A stretch of DNA of 64,000 bases from Collinsella sp. (GTDB lineage: Bacteria; Actinomycetota; Coriobacteriia; Coriobacteriales; Coriobacteriaceae): contig JAGZNZ010000002.1 in assembly GCA_018363345.1 (NCBI GenBank), forward strand, positions 13,529 through 77,528, given 5' to 3'. The notes under the pieces were generated by a model. It ran no database searches and was not told the origin of the DNA. It worked only from the letters and a program-made list of their open reading frames with translations. Below are positions 63,820 through 64,000 of the stretch, in pieces (position 1 is the first letter of the stretch; every line of letters begins with the position of its first letter). The position numbers and the translations under genes are program-made.

Positions 63820-63888
63820 AAGTTGCGGTGAAATAGGGACTGTTTATGCAGCTAAAGCCGCAAAACAGTCCCTATTTCACCGCAACTT
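63820..63888. repeat. REP-like hairpin, full copy (24-bp stem AAGTTGCGGTGAAATAGGGACTGTT ... AACAGTCCCTATTTCACCGCAACTT, 19-nt loop), 9 nt after the lipid-kinase stop.
   Basis: Same family as 7597..7661, with the same CCTAAGTTGCGGTG junction as at 45286. Confidence 0.6.
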
Positions 63889-63898
63889 ATTGAGAAGG

Positions 63899-64000
63899 TC
63901 ATTCCTCCCCGCCCGGTTTGCGGCGGTTGGCCTTTTTAATCGCGTTGAAGTGCTTGTCATTGAGCCTGCGCTGGCGAGAGCGCAGAGGCACCTTAGTCTT
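63899..64000 (-). CDS. C-terminal 33 codons of a minus-strand gene continuing beyond the window (...KTKVPLRSRQRRLNDKHFNAIKKANRRKPGGEE*); product unknown.
   Basis: Open frame on the minus strand with stop TGA (plus 63899-63901). Basic C-terminal tail. Too short to assign. Confidence 0.3.
   Translation of the reverse strand, partial: KTKVPLRSRQRRLNDKHFNAIKKANRRKPGGEE

Overview
High-GC (roughly 63-65%) bacterial chromosomal window, compatible with an anaerobic Actinobacteria/Coriobacteriia-type genome (inference only). ORF calls are by eye from the six-frame track, with no database searches.

Layout, start to end:
- 1-16 kb, housekeeping and one unusual array: thrS (partial), a small zinc-ribbon membrane protein, a striking tandem array of 80-bp hairpin units, a conserved FAD-oxidoreductase/FAD-oxidoreductase/DUF1667 trio, an M24 peptidase, then folC, valS, clpX, clpP, tig and tRNA-Leu.
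- 16-44 kb, a long minus-strand block:
  - a xanthine-dehydrogenase-family aldehyde oxidoreductase and its FAD subunit;
  - gdhA;
  - a Cys-rich DUF3343 protein and a MobA/MocA-type nucleotidyltransferase;
  - an apparent tRNA-Sec (selC) with selB and selA;
  - a cytoplasmic bis-MGD molybdoenzyme and focA;
  - a complete Hyf-type formate hydrogenlyase-2 operon (hycI, hycH, hyfI-hyfA) headed by a selenocysteine (in-frame UGA) FdhF and a HycB-like ferredoxin.
- 44-46 kb, an AT-rich hotspot: candidate regulatory palindromes, a RelB/DinJ-PIN toxin-antitoxin pair, MITE-like and REP-like repeats, an inverted 23-nt tRNA-Gly 3' fragment, and tRNA-Gly and tRNA-Pro.
- 46-61 kb, a co-directional cluster: brnQ, a cysteine-desulfurase-like gene, a second DUF3343, yedF, a selD that itself carries an in-frame UGA (selenoprotein), a GT4 glycosyltransferase overlapping selD by 8 nt, a 2-hydroxyacyl-CoA-dehydratase-like trio (activase plus two subunits), modABC (ModB carries an extra N-terminal domain), mogA and moeA.
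- 61-64 kb: a CLC channel, a DAG-kinase-like lipid kinase, another REP-like hairpin and a short partial minus-strand CDS.

The most interesting candidate for something undescribed is the selenium/molybdenum island at 47.5-61 kb, above all the translationally coupled GT4-SelD(Sec) pair, which resembles SenB/SenC selenosugar modules. The DUF3343/YedF/cysteine-desulfurase/MocA context around an XDH-family enzyme (possible selenium-dependent Mo hydroxylase) and the 80-bp tandem hairpin array are also worth follow-up.
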